The notes under the pieces are model-generated. The model saw only the letters and a list, made by a program, of their open reading frames with translations. It ran no database searches and was not told the origin of the DNA. The position numbers were made by a program, and so were the translations under genes. Positions 13,758-26,751 of a stretch of DNA of 64,000 nucleotides are shown one piece after another. The stretch spans positions 10,433,378 through 10,497,377 of the forward strand of contig CM120647.1 in NCBI GenBank assembly GCA_051362555.1. Reading direction: 5' to 3'. How positions within the stretch are numbered: position 1 is the stretch's first letter; every line of letters starts with the position of its first letter. Source of the stretch: Lingula anatina. Taxonomy: Eukaryota; Animalia; Brachiopoda.

Positions 13758-15341
13758 GATCTTTACATTTTACTTCTTTGTTTGTAATTTTATGCACATT
13801 TTATCAAACTTGAGAGGAAGTCTTAACAATTATAAAAATATTTATTGATAATTTGATGTCAGGTCAGCCGGTCCAAATTGAGCAAACGCTGAACAAAATA
13901 CTTGATTTACTGAAAAAAATTATGGTATTGACTCAATCTTCTCAATGGGTAAAACTGAATTTTACAGATACTGTATTTTTCAAGCCATCATTCTTAAAAT
14001 AAGAGCATTCCTATTGAGTGGTTGCAACAAAATTAAAAAGCAGACTACCTTGTAGTTCTATTCCATGCATTAAAAGCACTACAAATGCTATTCAAAAATA
14101 TAATTTTTATGATTTTGAAATCTTGATGTATCTGAAAGCTTGATATTTTTTGCCCATTCAAAAGATAAAGACATTACCGTAATTGATGACCCCAGCATGT
14201 CATGATCATGTCCACCCTGATAATACAGAGCACAGAGGTAGAGTGGGCCTTGAATCAGGTGTCCATATACAACACTTAAAACAGATTCAATATCCAAACC
14301 AATTTCAAATTAAGTTGATAACCTGTATTTTATGATAAAGTGCTGAGCATATAGAAGCAGTATCCAACAGTGGATATTTAAAAAGTATATTGCAGTGAAC
14401 ACAGGAAGCAGTGACCAATAGGAAGTTATATTAAAAAAAATTAATTGTCCTACAGTAAGGGCATAATTTGAAGTTGCTCAGTCACAGACTATCATGATCC
14501 ACACAATTCTGGAATGTTCATCATCTGCCATATTGCCAAAATGTACCTGAAAGCCCTGTGGCTTGTCATTAATTTTTGATTCACTCTCCCAATGCAGACA
14601 AGAGTCTGGTGAATTTAACTTATGAAAAGTTTTTCCTCTGTATAAAGGACCAGTCCATATTCCATTACTGCCCAGTTTTTGACAAACTACTCACATACCG
14701 AAGACATTCGATGTTTCTGGACTACATTATTCTTATATATATATTAACTCCTCATTACAAGTGCCAAGCATTTTGTTTAACATGCAATATTTTTTTTCAT
14801 GTCAAACACAGTCTCACAGTGCAACAAAAGTATCAACATTTGTAAAGAAAAAGCAGAAAATTTTATAAAAAAGAAGTGAAAAATATTGCCTGGATGCTTA
14901 AGATTTATATTCTAATTAACCCAAGCAAGTAAAAATGTTGATCTGACGTTTGATTATCAGTGAATTTTCTCTGGTGAGAGGGGGGCACTGAAATGGTTTT
15001 ATGTAACTTTTTATTCATGGTAATGATGTCACCAATTGGGGAATTGTAAATAGGTTGAAAGCCTATAAAGAAGCATTGGACAGTGTGATTATGCTTTTAT
15101 GGATAATTGTTTTACATATATTATTATTATTATTTATTCATTTATTCATTCATTCTTTTATTCATCCATCCACCTATCTGTTTATTCATTCATTCATCCA
15201 TCATACCTGTTTATTTACGTATTCTTTCTTTCTTTCTTTTTTCTATATTCATTCATTTATTCATTTATTTATTTTTTTATTCATTTGTTTCTTTCTTTCT
15301 TTCTTTATCCATCTGTTTATGTATTTATTTATTATCTGCAG

Positions 15342-16948
15342 GGGTTCCCCTCTCTCCTCCAGAGCAGTGTGGACAAGCCAGCTGGTGAAGAGGATGGTGC
15401 TCGACTTACTGAAGGAGATGAACCAGCCAACTCTGGCCAAACTCTCAGGGCTCTCACAGGTAAAATAATAATAAAATAAAAGGAAAGAAATGGATTCAAA
15501 TCCTGTGTGATTAAATCAGTCCTCCCCAAGTGTAAAAATGCCATATCGGATCTTCTTGTGGAGGATACATCATACATGTTAAAATTTATAGTTTGACATT
15601 GTTTTTGTTTGCAAATGAAGTGGATGCGAACAAAAGGGAAAGATTATGATGACTATTTTCAGAAAAGTGATTCTTGTATGAATTCCATAGCTGACAGGAA
15701 TAAGAAGGTTTTTTTACAAAAATACTTCTAAGACATGTGACTTTGATAATTAATTGCATGCTTTGGAACTCATCCTCAATCATTCATCCACATCTTTAAA
15801 TTATTAGATATATTTGTTATTTTTATTTAAACTCTGAGTTAAAATGAAAACTAACATTCACTGTCAGCATTAAAGGGAAATGATGGAGGCATGCTGATAA
15901 TGAAAGTTTCAATATTATTCCTGTGTAGCTCAGGGTAACTTTAAGTGACCCTAGTAAACTGAAAAAAGTATGTGTTTGTAAACTCCATCCAGTGTGTTCC
16001 ACATATAAATAAGACGGTTCTCTCCATTTCAGTCCATGATCAGCAACATAGCAAATGACAAATACAAGGCAATAATCACCTCCGAGACCTGTAAGGAGTT
16101 TGGGGAGTGGTATATCAAGTACAAGACTGAGGAGAGAGGTAAAGACCTAAATTTTAAGCTTTTTATTGATTTCCTAAACTGATTTTCAATTGTAAACACT
16201 TGTAAGGAATTAACATTGATAAAATGAACTTGTTCTAATTTCTATTTATTTAAAAAAAATAAAATAAAATAAAATCAGCTGGTAGGGTCTGCAATAGAAA
16301 AATGTTAAAAGTAACTGCTTCAAAAACATTTTTTTAACATCTTTATTCTCAAGAAGGTTAAATATTGTTGCAGTATAATTGAAGGTGGCAATTCGCCTAG
16401 GCATTACATGCTCACCTTAAATATGGTCAGATGAACCACAAGTTACTTATTTCCTTGTAAATTATCACCGTATTTGTAAATAAGACACTCAGTGAAATCA
16501 AGACTGAAAATATATGTGGGGATTGTATTGTACTTGTTGTTATTTTTACTTACAACTTGCAGTAAAATCTTTTGCAAGTCCAGAAAAAGGAGGAAATGTC
16601 ACACCATCATCACGACTCACCTTTCACCCAAAGTATGAGCTCCCCCTACTGAGAGGCTGGTTCCAGAAGACAAAGACCCCCAGCGAACCTCTACTCATAC
16701 ATTATGTTAATGAGCTGAACAGAGGTCATGTAAGGCAAGAAAGGCCAAAGGTCACACTCGATAAACTCAAAATTTGGTGGAAAAATGAGAGACAGAAGGA
16801 GAGGAAGCAGAGAGTGAAAGAAAAGGAGGCGTTGAACCAAAGTAACTCAGGAGAGACTAGGGAGGAATCAACGGGTGGACCTCAACTGACTCAATTAGGC
16901 CTTGATGAAGGGCCATTTGAAAGGGTTTACCAGTATCCAGATACATGA
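15342..16948 (+). CDS. Alternative 3' module B: SATB-type CUTL domain plus one divergent homeodomain
   Basis: Exons 15342-15459 (phase-2 entry; WTSQLVKRMVLDLLKEMNQPTLAKLSGLSQ|), 16033-16138 (SMISNIANDKYKAIITSETCKEFGEWYIKYK) and 16563-16948 (SRLTFHPKYELPLLRGWF...KLKIWWKNERQKERK). All introns are GT-AG and in phase. Confidence 0.85.
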
Positions 16949-18403
16949 GCTATGAAACTCAAACCTGCTATTCCTGTTCACCACTATGGCAGGAACAAAT
17001 AAGATAGAGCCACTGTCAGTTTTCTTTTTTCTGCCATTGTGAGAAAAAAAGATGAGTCATGTTTATACTGATTTTTTTGCAAACTTACAGAAAAGTGTCA
17101 AGTTAAAAAGTTGGCATACTTTGACCACTGGTCATAATTGATGGACACTGGACTTTTATAAGTACAGATGAGTAAGCTGGTTTAAATAACCTTCATTATC
17201 ATGATTTAGATGATCTTAAATATCATGATTAGGATCATCATGGTTTAAAGTATTACTGAATCATTGATAGATGCAATTAAAATGCAATTAAGGCTGTCAA
17301 AAATCTATTTAGCTGTCCTAACACCAGAGCATATGGATGCATACATATACAAATTTGGAGGCTTGGAATGTAATCAGCTTGTGGATTTCTTCTGTTCCTT
17401 TTGTTGTACACCAATTACAAACAAATGGAAGGTCAGGTAAGGTCTGCTGTGTAGGAGGCTAACAATCAAAATATTAGTTCTGAAAAGCTATTTACTTGAA
17501 ACAAGTGTTTTAACACTAAGATTGCAATCCAGTGAAGGTGTTTGACTATATTTTCTCTTATGTCAATTCATGTCCAGTGACAGTAAAGGGGTTCTGCAGC
17601 AAATTATCCCCAGATTTAATGGACTGAAACTGACATTTTCACCTATCATTGAGGAATGCTCCCAGGTGCTGTTAATTTATATGCCTTCCTAATATTTTCT
17701 CAGCCTACAACTACAATCACTATAAATCAGTAGAAATCAGTTATATATATTTGTACCATGAGGCTATACTGTTAAGATGTTGATGGAAATGATAGACAGG
17801 GATTTTTCTTTTTGTAGGATATTAAATCTACAAAATTAACCCAGTTTGCAATACGATTCTCACATATGGGGGTTATCAGAGGCAGTGTAAGGGTTTTCTC
17901 TTTCAAAAGACTTCTTGTAGATACGTTCTTGTAGATACGTTCAAGTAGCTCTTTTTGTTCTGACACTGTTTAAAATAAAAAAAAGAAGTCAATCTTAATA
18001 TTTTCAAGTGTGCACTTGTTTCAGGTCTTTGTTCTTAGTTACATACAGTTACATCTTTGTTCCATACATCTAAGTTGTTCCAGTGGTTTTATCTTTTAAT
18101 GAGGTTTGACTTTTTAAGCCATTCCCTAAAATATACCTCCTGTCAAGAATCAAGCTCATTTTTCAGAAGTTTGAAATTCAAGTGGTTAATGTATTCTTTG
18201 TTGTTTAACTGTTCTTTGCTTTCCTGTTTTGTTCAATTATTGGATTTCTGAATAAATAACCAAAGCCATCATTTGGTTTGATGTGTATCAAATTGTTTAA
18301 TTACTATTCATGAATTGGCTTTTCACAAATTTAATCTCCCAAGTGTCTGGTTTATATAATTATTATTATTAATAATAATAATAAAATAATCCACATTTCT
18401 AAT

Positions 18404-19987
18404 TTAAGTATCTGACATTCCACCTCCAGAAAATATACTGGCTAAGAAAGACTTATTCAATCCAGCTTTTTTCTTTGGGTCCCCTTTGAGTTTCCTTTCT
18501 TTCTTTTTCTGTCTTAAAGCAACTGGACCTTTCAGTTGGCCCTCGCTGGTCTCGAGTTTTGATTTCTTGGAAAGGATTTCGTCCTCTGTGTCTTTTTGAG
18601 TGAATTCCCACTTCCTCACCTGTCCTTTCATCTTCTGTGCTTTTTCCAGGCGTTTAAATTTGTCACCCTTTTCAACATTCTGCACGTAAAAGTTGGCCTC
18701 CTTTTTCACTTGTGCAATCTCTGTCCTCATCCTCTGCCTGTGAACCTCCTTTTCATAAGCCAATCTTTCATTCAGATGAACCCACTTGAATTTGGGAAGA
18801 TATTTAATGTTCCATATTTCATCATGCCACCTTGATCTTCTTTTTCCACCAATCTGAAATTAGTAAAGCCTTTCAATGGCCTAATTTTAAAAGATTTGCA
18901 GTTTAATAACCATAGGACTAATTCAAATATATTCATTTTAAATAAATTGCTAAAATAAGCCAGTTTATATCAAGAACAGGCGTCAGGTACTCTAACACAG
19001 GTGAGTCATTATTACCCAAGGCAGGAATTTTCCCAGGATAGGGGGTACAGGCTGTCCAATATTACCACCTATAATTTCCTACAAAATTTCAGGGAGTACA
19101 AGTACGCCTAAAGCCACCATATTTCCAAAAAATCTGTCCGTTTTTGAAAATAGAGGTCAACTGGTGATGCTGGCGGCCGTCCAAATGACAGCTGGGCCCC
19201 ATAACTCACATGCATCACACATTGCAACCGAGCGCAAGAATCTCAATTCCATAACTCGCCCATACTTGTTCCATATAATACATTGTAGCCTCTATGTGAT
19301 ATTGCTATTTGCCTTATGCGATGGTTCGCTGGGAAAAGCTTTGTCCCAAGGACAAGTATGTGACATGTGTGGAAGGGGCTTTACCTGTGTGTTGTTAAGA
19401 GAAAGTGCAACTCTCTTTGCAATCCTTTTGTCTGCAAACTCCAGCCATCCCTCGGTAAATAATCTGGCCTTTTTGCCTTTTGGGGTTCTCTCTGGAAAAC
19501 AAAACAAAAGCCTGTGCATATAAATCTATGACTTCCTAAAATGAATTTCAGATATTTATATATCAAACAGACTGCAACAAGGAGTTTAAACAGAAACTCC
19601 TTGACTGCAATAACAAAAGCATCATGAAATATGACTGTATTTCAATCAATTACCAAACCATAAATATCTCCTTAAAAACTTATGTCAAAGTTTAAAAACA
19701 CCTCTTTTTTAATTGCAACGAGTAAGATTAAGAGACAAGTAAACCTTGAGGCAAAATGCAGTGAGATTCTTACGGTCTGGTTGTAAGAAAATCCGTCCAA
19801 TTTCCCCAAACTGTTCGAAAATTTGTCGCACTTTCTTCACACTCATGTACGGTGGTATTCTGCTAAAGTAGATAATTCCAGCCTCTCGTTCTTTCTTCTC
19901 CAATTTAGCCAGTTTCAATTTGTTTTCCACTTGTTCATCCACTTGCTCATTTAGGAGTAATTCTGGATCGTCGCACGTGTCGTCCAT
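18404..19987 (-). CDS. ABT1: Activator of basal transcription 1 / pre-rRNA processing factor Esf2 (RRM)
   Basis: Exons 19987-19774 (M...GIIYFSRIPPYMSVKKVRQIFEQFGEIGRIFLQPD), 19491-19385 (FTEGWLEFADKRIAKRVALSLNNTQ) and 18853-18404 (IGGKRRSRWHDEIWNIKYLPKFKW..LNERLAYEK...RMRTEIAQVKKEANFY). Phases are consistent. Confidence 0.93.
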
Positions 19988-20328
19988 GTTTACTAAACGA
20001 GATCTCGAGTTACTTGTGCGAGATGTAGAAGTTTTGCTGCTTTTTTCTGCTGGTTCTAGGAATTGAAATGCCACAATAATTTCCTTGCGAGTTACTTATA
20101 CCTGTAAAAATAAATCAAAACAATCATGCCTTAATTGATTCTGTTGATAGCATTAAATGAAGCAACTAGTTCAGATCATACATCATGTGACTGTTCAAAA
20201 TGGAGGATGAATGTTTACACGTCGACTGCTGCATGCTTTTTTTGTCTATACGGGTACTTATGCAAAACGCATGATTTCCTATGTAACGAGTTATTTAGTC
20301 CTGGTAAAACAAATCTTTTCCTCTTAAA
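19988..20328. promoter_or_regulatory. Bidirectional promoter region between ABT1 and KHK
   Basis: The two divergent ATGs are only ~340 bp apart, and CpG content is locally elevated relative to the flanks. Confidence 0.6.
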
Positions 20329-21489
20329 ATGGATGATCATCCCCTCAACCAGCGTCCCATAGCTTGTTGCGGACTGACGTGTTGCGATTTTATCACTCTT
20401 TGCAAGGGATTCCCCCTAGAAGATTCGGATCAAAGGTCAGTAGTACGTAGTATTTGCAGGCCCGGCAATTTCAGCGATAAAGGTCAAAATGAGAACTTTT
20501 TGATCCAGAAAACCCCGATCCTTGACGATATTATCCATGTCATGCTTGTTATGCATTTTACAAGTGGCGCATTTGACAGGTGAAAGCAAGTGGGGTAAAC
20601 TGTACATATATTTTTCCACAACCAGTATACAAGAACTACCCTGTAATAGTAAATCATGAGCTCAAGTTTGACCTCGCCTTCTCAGCAACCACCAAGTGTC
20701 CTGTGTGTAGGATTGACTTGTCTAGACCTCCTGTGTTACCTTCCACACTTTCCCAAGGAAGACACTGGCAATAGGTAGAATAGAAAAACATTCTTTTTAG
20801 TATGGTGTTGGTTAATTAATTAGCAGTACACTGCAGTGCATATATTTGATACGCTACATGTAGTTTATAGACATTAAAAGCACGTCTTTACATGTACAAG
20901 TATAGACAATTAAAGCACATGTCTCATTACAGGAAATTTCTTGAGTCATTGTCAGTTTATACAAATAAATAATTTTGTTTAAAAAAACAGAGATTGGACA
21001 AAACATACAATATACACTGTAGTATAAAATCCAGTTTTGAATATATATTTTCCTTTATAATTAGTTTAGTAACTTGGTTTGTATTTTAATTTATGCCCAA
21101 CTTAGTAAAGGGGGAAATGCAACCTGGAAATCATGAACTTAGCAAGACCATAATTTGGCATTATATCCTAATCTAATTTTTATCGATATGTTAAAGATAG
21201 ACACATGCTCACTTAGCCAGCATTATTATCAGGGCCTGAGTGCAGGATCTCAGGTTGTGGGATTAATGTAGGATTGTTGTTAATCAATAAATATGATAAA
21301 TACAATATGGTTATATATATTATTTCAGATGTATTGATATGTACTGGCAGAGAGGGGGTAATGCATCCAACACCAGCACTGTGTTAGCTCTGTTAGGAGC
21401 CAGGACTGAATGTCTCTGCACCATAGCTAATACTAGGGAGAAAGAGTAAGTTGATTATAATCCTTGTTTCTCTCGGTTCTCTCTCTCTT

Positions 21490-21535
<46 letters not shown>

Positions 21536-24500
21536 ACACACAAACACACAACAAAGTCAGGAATACGGGAATAAAGTTTGAGTAAAAGTATTTTGCAGCT
21601 GTTGGAAGCTAGCCGTAGTAGAATTAAAATTTGTTTAGCAAAGCATTTGTGTAAAGTTAATTATGCTGAACTGAGTGAAAGCATAGGCTAAAGCAGACTA
21701 CTGCAATTTTGGATTCTGATTTCAAATTTATCTCTAGCTGAACAGAACAATTCATTTACAAATGAAAATTTTCTGTCAAAAATAAAGAACAGAGATATCA
21801 GGAGATCATCAATTAATGCTTTTATTTTTTCCTTTTTTTTAGGTTTTTAAAAGAAGATTTTGCCAAATATGCTGTAAACATTGAGAACTGTGTCTACCTG
21901 GACGACTGCACCGCTCCAGTGTCTAACTGCATTATCAATGTACAAAATGGATCAAGAACCATCCTACACAGCAACAAGTACAGTAATTACTCAATCTTTT
22001 CTATGCAGTAAAAGCACCACAGAAATGCTTTATAGAAATATAGTTTTGTGATTATAAAATTATGTATCTGAAAGTTTGATAATTTTTGTCCATTGAAAAC
22101 ACCGAGTCATTACCATAGGAATTCATGGCATACTATACAGACAGGTTTAGTGGTGGTGGGGATTTGCCAACAATTTATTTGCCTTACGCCTGACTGTTTT
22201 GTGCAATTTGCATATTTTTTTCAAAAAAAAAATTTTTTTTCAAATTTTTTTGCTTGAATAATGGTATTTTACCTTCTAGGAGCTTGCCTGAGTTTTCCTA
22301 CAAAGACTTCCAGAAGATTGATCTTAAAAAGCAAAAATACCAGTGGGTCCATTTTGAGGTAAAACTTTGAATAGAAAAGAAATAAAATAGTTTTTCTTTT
22401 CATCAGATTATTTATTATTCAGTAAAAAGTCATTAATAGTTTGTTTGTATTTATTACATGGTGATATATAAACTTTAATAGAGTGTCATCATCATCATCA
22501 TTGCTCTTCGTCCCGCGTGGGACATAAGGCCACAGTCACTTCTTTCCATTTGGCCCTGTCTCTGGCTACGTGCTGGGCCTGTCCCCATGTAAGGTCCCCC
22601 TCCCTCAGCTCTGCCATTATTGTTCGGCGCCAGGTGGTCTTGGGCCTTCCTCTCTTTCTTTTTCCGGGTGGTGTCCATCTCAGAGCTACCTTTGGTACTC
22701 TGTTCTCGTCCATCCTAAGTACATGGCCGAGCCATTTAAATCGCCGTCGCTTGATCTGCCCTACAATACTCTGGCTCCCTGTCAGTATGTACAGGTCATG
22801 ATTGGAGATCTTATTTGGCCAGAATATGCGGCAGATCCTGCGGAGACACCTGTTATGGAAGGACTCTACTCTGCTCATGTCAGACTTTGTAAATAGAGTG
22901 TGGTTATGGTAAAAACTTGAAAATTTCATCATTTAAATATTGATTAATATTTTTAATTGCATGAGTCTTACATGGCCATATTAGGTGATGAACCTTTCAA
23001 AAGTATCGAGAGGGCCATTTTCAAGTTTTACTGAATTTTCAAATTGAAAAAAAAATTCATCAACAGAGAATCGCCTTCCCACAATATTTCCAAGAATTAC
23101 TACAATTTACGCAAGTCTGATGTGCCTCCTTCCTACCCAGGGTCGCCCCAATGTCCCAGATATTTCTAGTATGCTTCAAGCCATAGACAGCCATAATAAG
23201 GCACATCCAGATGAGAAAATAATTACTTCAGTGGAGCTAGAGAAGACCAGGATGGAAATAGGTGAGACAATTCTGGATTTGTTTGTCTTAAACAGGAAAT
23301 TAAATAAGTTTTCCATAAATATGGCAATTTTTGGACAGGAGAAGAGCAGGATAGAAATTGGTGACATTAATTTAGCCTGTTAATCTTCAACAGCTAGTGA
23401 AAAATTATGTGACAGATAAGACAGGCATTTTGTTAAATATGACACTTATTGGCAGGCAGTGTGTTAGAAGTTTTGACATACAGAGAACATCTATACATTG
23501 TGTTAGATGTGACATGATAGCAATACATTCAGTGTGTTAGATGTGACATGATAGCAATACATTCAGTGTGTTAGATGTGACATGATAGCAATACATTCAG
23601 TGTGTTAGATGTGGCATATGATAGCAATGCAATCAGTGTGTTAGATGTGGCATATGATAGCAATGCAATCAGTGTGTTAGATGTGACATGGTAGCAATGC
23701 ATTCAGTGTGTTAGATGTGACATGGTAGCAATGCATTCAGTGTGTTAGATGTGACATGGTAGCAATACATTCAGTGTGTTAGATGTGACATATGATAGCA
23801 ATGTATTCAGTGTATTAGATGTGGCATATGGTAGCAATACATTCAGTGTGTTAGATGTGACATGGTAGCAATACATTCAGTGTGTTAGATGTGACATGGA
23901 AGCAATGCATTCAGTGTGTTAGATGTGACATGGTAGCAATACATTCAGTGTGTTAGATGTGACATATGACAGCAATGTATTCAGTGTATTAGATGTGGCA
24001 TATGGTAGCAATACATTCAGTGTGTTAGATGTGACATGGTAGCAATGCACTCTGTGTTTTACAACATGACATATGATAACGATGGATTCAGTGTGTTATT
24101 TGTGATGCCTCTAATTTTGTACATGTTTAAATTAACTATTTTATTTTCTTCCAATGTTTCAGTACCTCTCTTAGATAAAGCAGATTATGTATTTGTGAGC
24201 AAGGAGCATGCTCAGATTCATGGTTACCAGTGTAAAGAAGACACTGTGGAGGGATTGGGCACAAAAATAAGAGACAGGTACAACACAAGGCCTCTCCACT
24301 ACATCTCCTTCCTCCAACGTGTTCAACCCTCTCCTCACCCCCAACCCCTCTCTTCCAACCTCTCTCTCCTCCACCCCTCAAATCCAACCCCTTTCCAAAT
24401 TTAAGTGACAGAATGTGCAATTAATCTTATATGGATTCACCTTATTTCATTCATTAACCATACTCTTGTTATTATTTGTGTGTACGTGTTTGGGAGGGGG

Positions 24501-24879
24501 ACTTGTTTTTTGATTTCATAGATTACCCTACAATTCATTCATTTTCAAGTATAAATTTGCTAAATTACCTAAGTTAAATTGATTTTGTAAATTAATTGGT
24601 TATTTTTTCTTGTTCATCAGCTCAGTGATAATTTGTGCCTGGGGGGAGAGTGGCGCTTGTGCCAAACCTAAACATGGACCAATAGTGGCATCTCCAATTT
24701 TTCCACCAGAGGGCGGTGTGGTAGACACTCTAGGTGCTGGCGACTCATTCAACGCTGGCGTCATATTTGCCCTGAGTAGGGGGAAAATGTTACAAGAAGC
24801 TGTGTCATTTGGGTGCCTAGTTGCTGGAAAAAAGTGTGGATTTCGTGGATTTGAAGGTCTGAAAGGTTTTCCTCTTTGA
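20329..24879 (+). CDS. KHK: Ketohexokinase (PfkB family), 7 coding exons
   Basis: Exons 20329-20435, 21329-21445 (WQRGGNASNTSTVLALLG), 21843-21977 (NGSRTILH), 22280-22358 (YQWVHFE), 23141-23261 (GR...SVELEK), 24163-24277 (ADYVFVSKEHA) and 24621-24879 (CAWGESGA...VVDTLGAGDSFNAG). All GT-AG and in phase. Confidence 0.95.
22487..22891 (-). mobile_element. 5'-truncated non-LTR retrotransposon (RTE-like 3' end) in KHK intron 4
   Basis: Encodes FHNRCLRRI...RRFKWLGHVLRM...PGKRKRGRPKTTWRRT...DRAKW. It has a (GAT)n tail and a 10-bp TSD aatagagtgt at 22477-22486 and 22892-22901. Confidence 0.85.
23499..24055. repeat. Minisatellite, ~16 copies of a 34/36-bp unit, in KHK intron 5
   Basis: Unit tgtgttagatgtgacat(at)g[ga]tagcaat[ag]cattcag repeated head-to-tail with no unique spacers. 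Confidence 0.95.
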
Positions 24880-25724
24880 CCAAGTGACAGTTGGAGTGTT
24901 ATTACTTTAAAAAATTGAGAAGAAAAGAAAACAAAGCTGTTGTTTAAAGAATAAAAACTTCAACCAAGGTAAGAAAAATGATTTTAAATGGTTTTGATTT
25001 AAAAAAAAAAAGTTCAACAGCGAAAGAACTGCCAGATGCCACTAGGTCAGTAACTTCAGTCAATACAAGTAAAGGATTGGTAAAAAAAAAATGACAGAGG
25101 AAAAAGGGAAATTAGTTCTTTTGCTTAAATGTGAGCTGACAATCCTTGTGTTACTATCCAGATATTTTACACTCATTATACCAAGCACTTGTCACACGTA
25201 TATATATATATATATATGTAGTGTGTGTGTGTGCGTGTGCGTGTCATCTTAGCAATACACTGATACTAATTTGCAGGTGAATTAAATAACATTGATATCA
25301 TTACTGCTTTTAATTAAGACCTCGATTAAGTGCCATATTATCTGAATATCTTATTTTAACTATTTTATTTTTTGGAGGGGGTGTCTTTAATTTAGACATT
25401 TGGTGGTAATCAGAAAACTACCAAATTTTATTTCATGGCAAGGTTTTCTTTTCCTGTCTGCAATAAGAATGGCAAATTTTATGTTGAAAATTTTGGCTGC
25501 CATTTTCTTGAATTTTATTAAAATAAAACAAATAGACCTTGTAATTCTGTGTCGTTATTACAAATGTAGTCTTTACATACTGTTCTGATAATTTGTAGTA
25601 CAACTCATCACTTCACATCTGATTACTACACAAATACCAAGATTATATAAAAACATTCCTGTATTAAAGTGGTGCTTAAATGTAAATCAAAATCCATAAA
25701 TTTTCCATATGAAATTAAATCTTA

Positions 25725-25935
25725 GGGTGCATTCACATCTAGAAGAGTCAAGGTCTAATAAGGCCGCGACCTAAATATGGCGGACCTACATGAAAGGGAA
25801 ACCCCCTAATCCTCTAATGATCTCTCCGCCTCTCAAACGCCTCCCCATGTGTTGTCCCGGTTGAATTGAGCCGAGATTTAATTAGTGTGCCCCTGCAGGG
25901 ACGACGTAGGGGGAGGCATGTGAGAGGCGGAGATT
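25725..25935. mobile_element. Partial MITE, same family as 62467-62775
   Basis: Shares atggcggacc, ctctccgcctctca, gcctcccca and cctgcagggacgacgt blocks with the 62467 copy. The central part is in the opposite orientation. Confidence 0.65.
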
Positions 25936-26664
25936 TGTTGCATGATTGAAAAAATAATTCTACGCAATATCATACACAATGAAGCATTGAAATGCTAATA
26001 TAATCAAATAACACCAATTATACCATTATATAAAAATACCCAGTTTCAGGATTTTCAGTCTTCATTTTGATTATTTGTTCCATAAAGTCCCCGAGTAAAA
26101 AAAATACTTTATGAGTAAAAAAACGTTTCGTTTCATCATCTTATCTGTCTTCATTTTGATTATTTGTTCAAGTCACAGAAGTCAGATATATTACAGTCAT
26201 TATACCAAAGACTTGCTCATGTTATGTATATATATATTTTTAATTACCAATATTATATCAAGACGGTTATATTTTCACCTCCATTTATTAGTCTTGGCAA
26301 TACTTTGATGTTGGTTTGCAGGGTATTGCAAAAATGTTGAAAAATAATGGAACCAAAATGCAAGAGCCCTATTAACTGCCATTGGAACTTAAAATTTTTA
26401 TTCAAGTTTTCGTTTTGTATTGTTGGGAGGTGGAAAGTGCCCTTAATTAATAGGCATATAGTCTAATGTGGTAATCAGAAACCTGCAAATTTTATGTGAG
26501 TTTTCTGGTGTTCAACAAGATTTCATAATAAATACGTTTTCTTTTAAATCTGAAATGAGTGGATGCACTAGGTGTGAAACACTTCTAATAAACTGCAAAA
26601 TTTTAAGCCATATTTCAGATCAAATTTAGTATTAACATAATTTGAATTACAAGCCATGTCTACT

Positions 26665-26751
26665 CACCCTGAGCTTCAGAGATAACTTGACACGATGGAG
26701 ATAGGCTATAGTGAAGAGGTTAGTGTCAAGTTATCTCTGAAGCTCAGGGTG
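26665..26751. mobile_element. 87-bp miniature DNA transposon with perfect 29-bp TIRs and an 8-bp TSD
   Basis: caccctgagcttcagagataacttgacac ... gtgtcaagttatctctgaagctcagggtg. TSD tgtctact at 26657-26664 and 26752-26759. Confidence 0.85.

Noticed and set aside
15055-15341. Hydrophobic ORFs rich in F/I/H/S/Y upstream of module B, and similar ORFs at 2751, 4266-4645 and 9600-9727
   Set aside because: These are translations of (TTCA)n, (TTTA)n and (CT)n microsatellites. The real exon starts at the acceptor at 15341/15342.
19988-20074. N-terminal extension of ABT1 given in the ORF track
   Set aside because: It starts at a non-ATG codon. The first ATG at 19987 gives a normal-length ABT1 N-terminus.
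23499-24055. 34-36-bp repeats resembling a CRISPR array
   Set aside because: The units are contiguous with no unique spacers, lie in a eukaryotic intron and have no cas genes nearby. This is a minisatellite.
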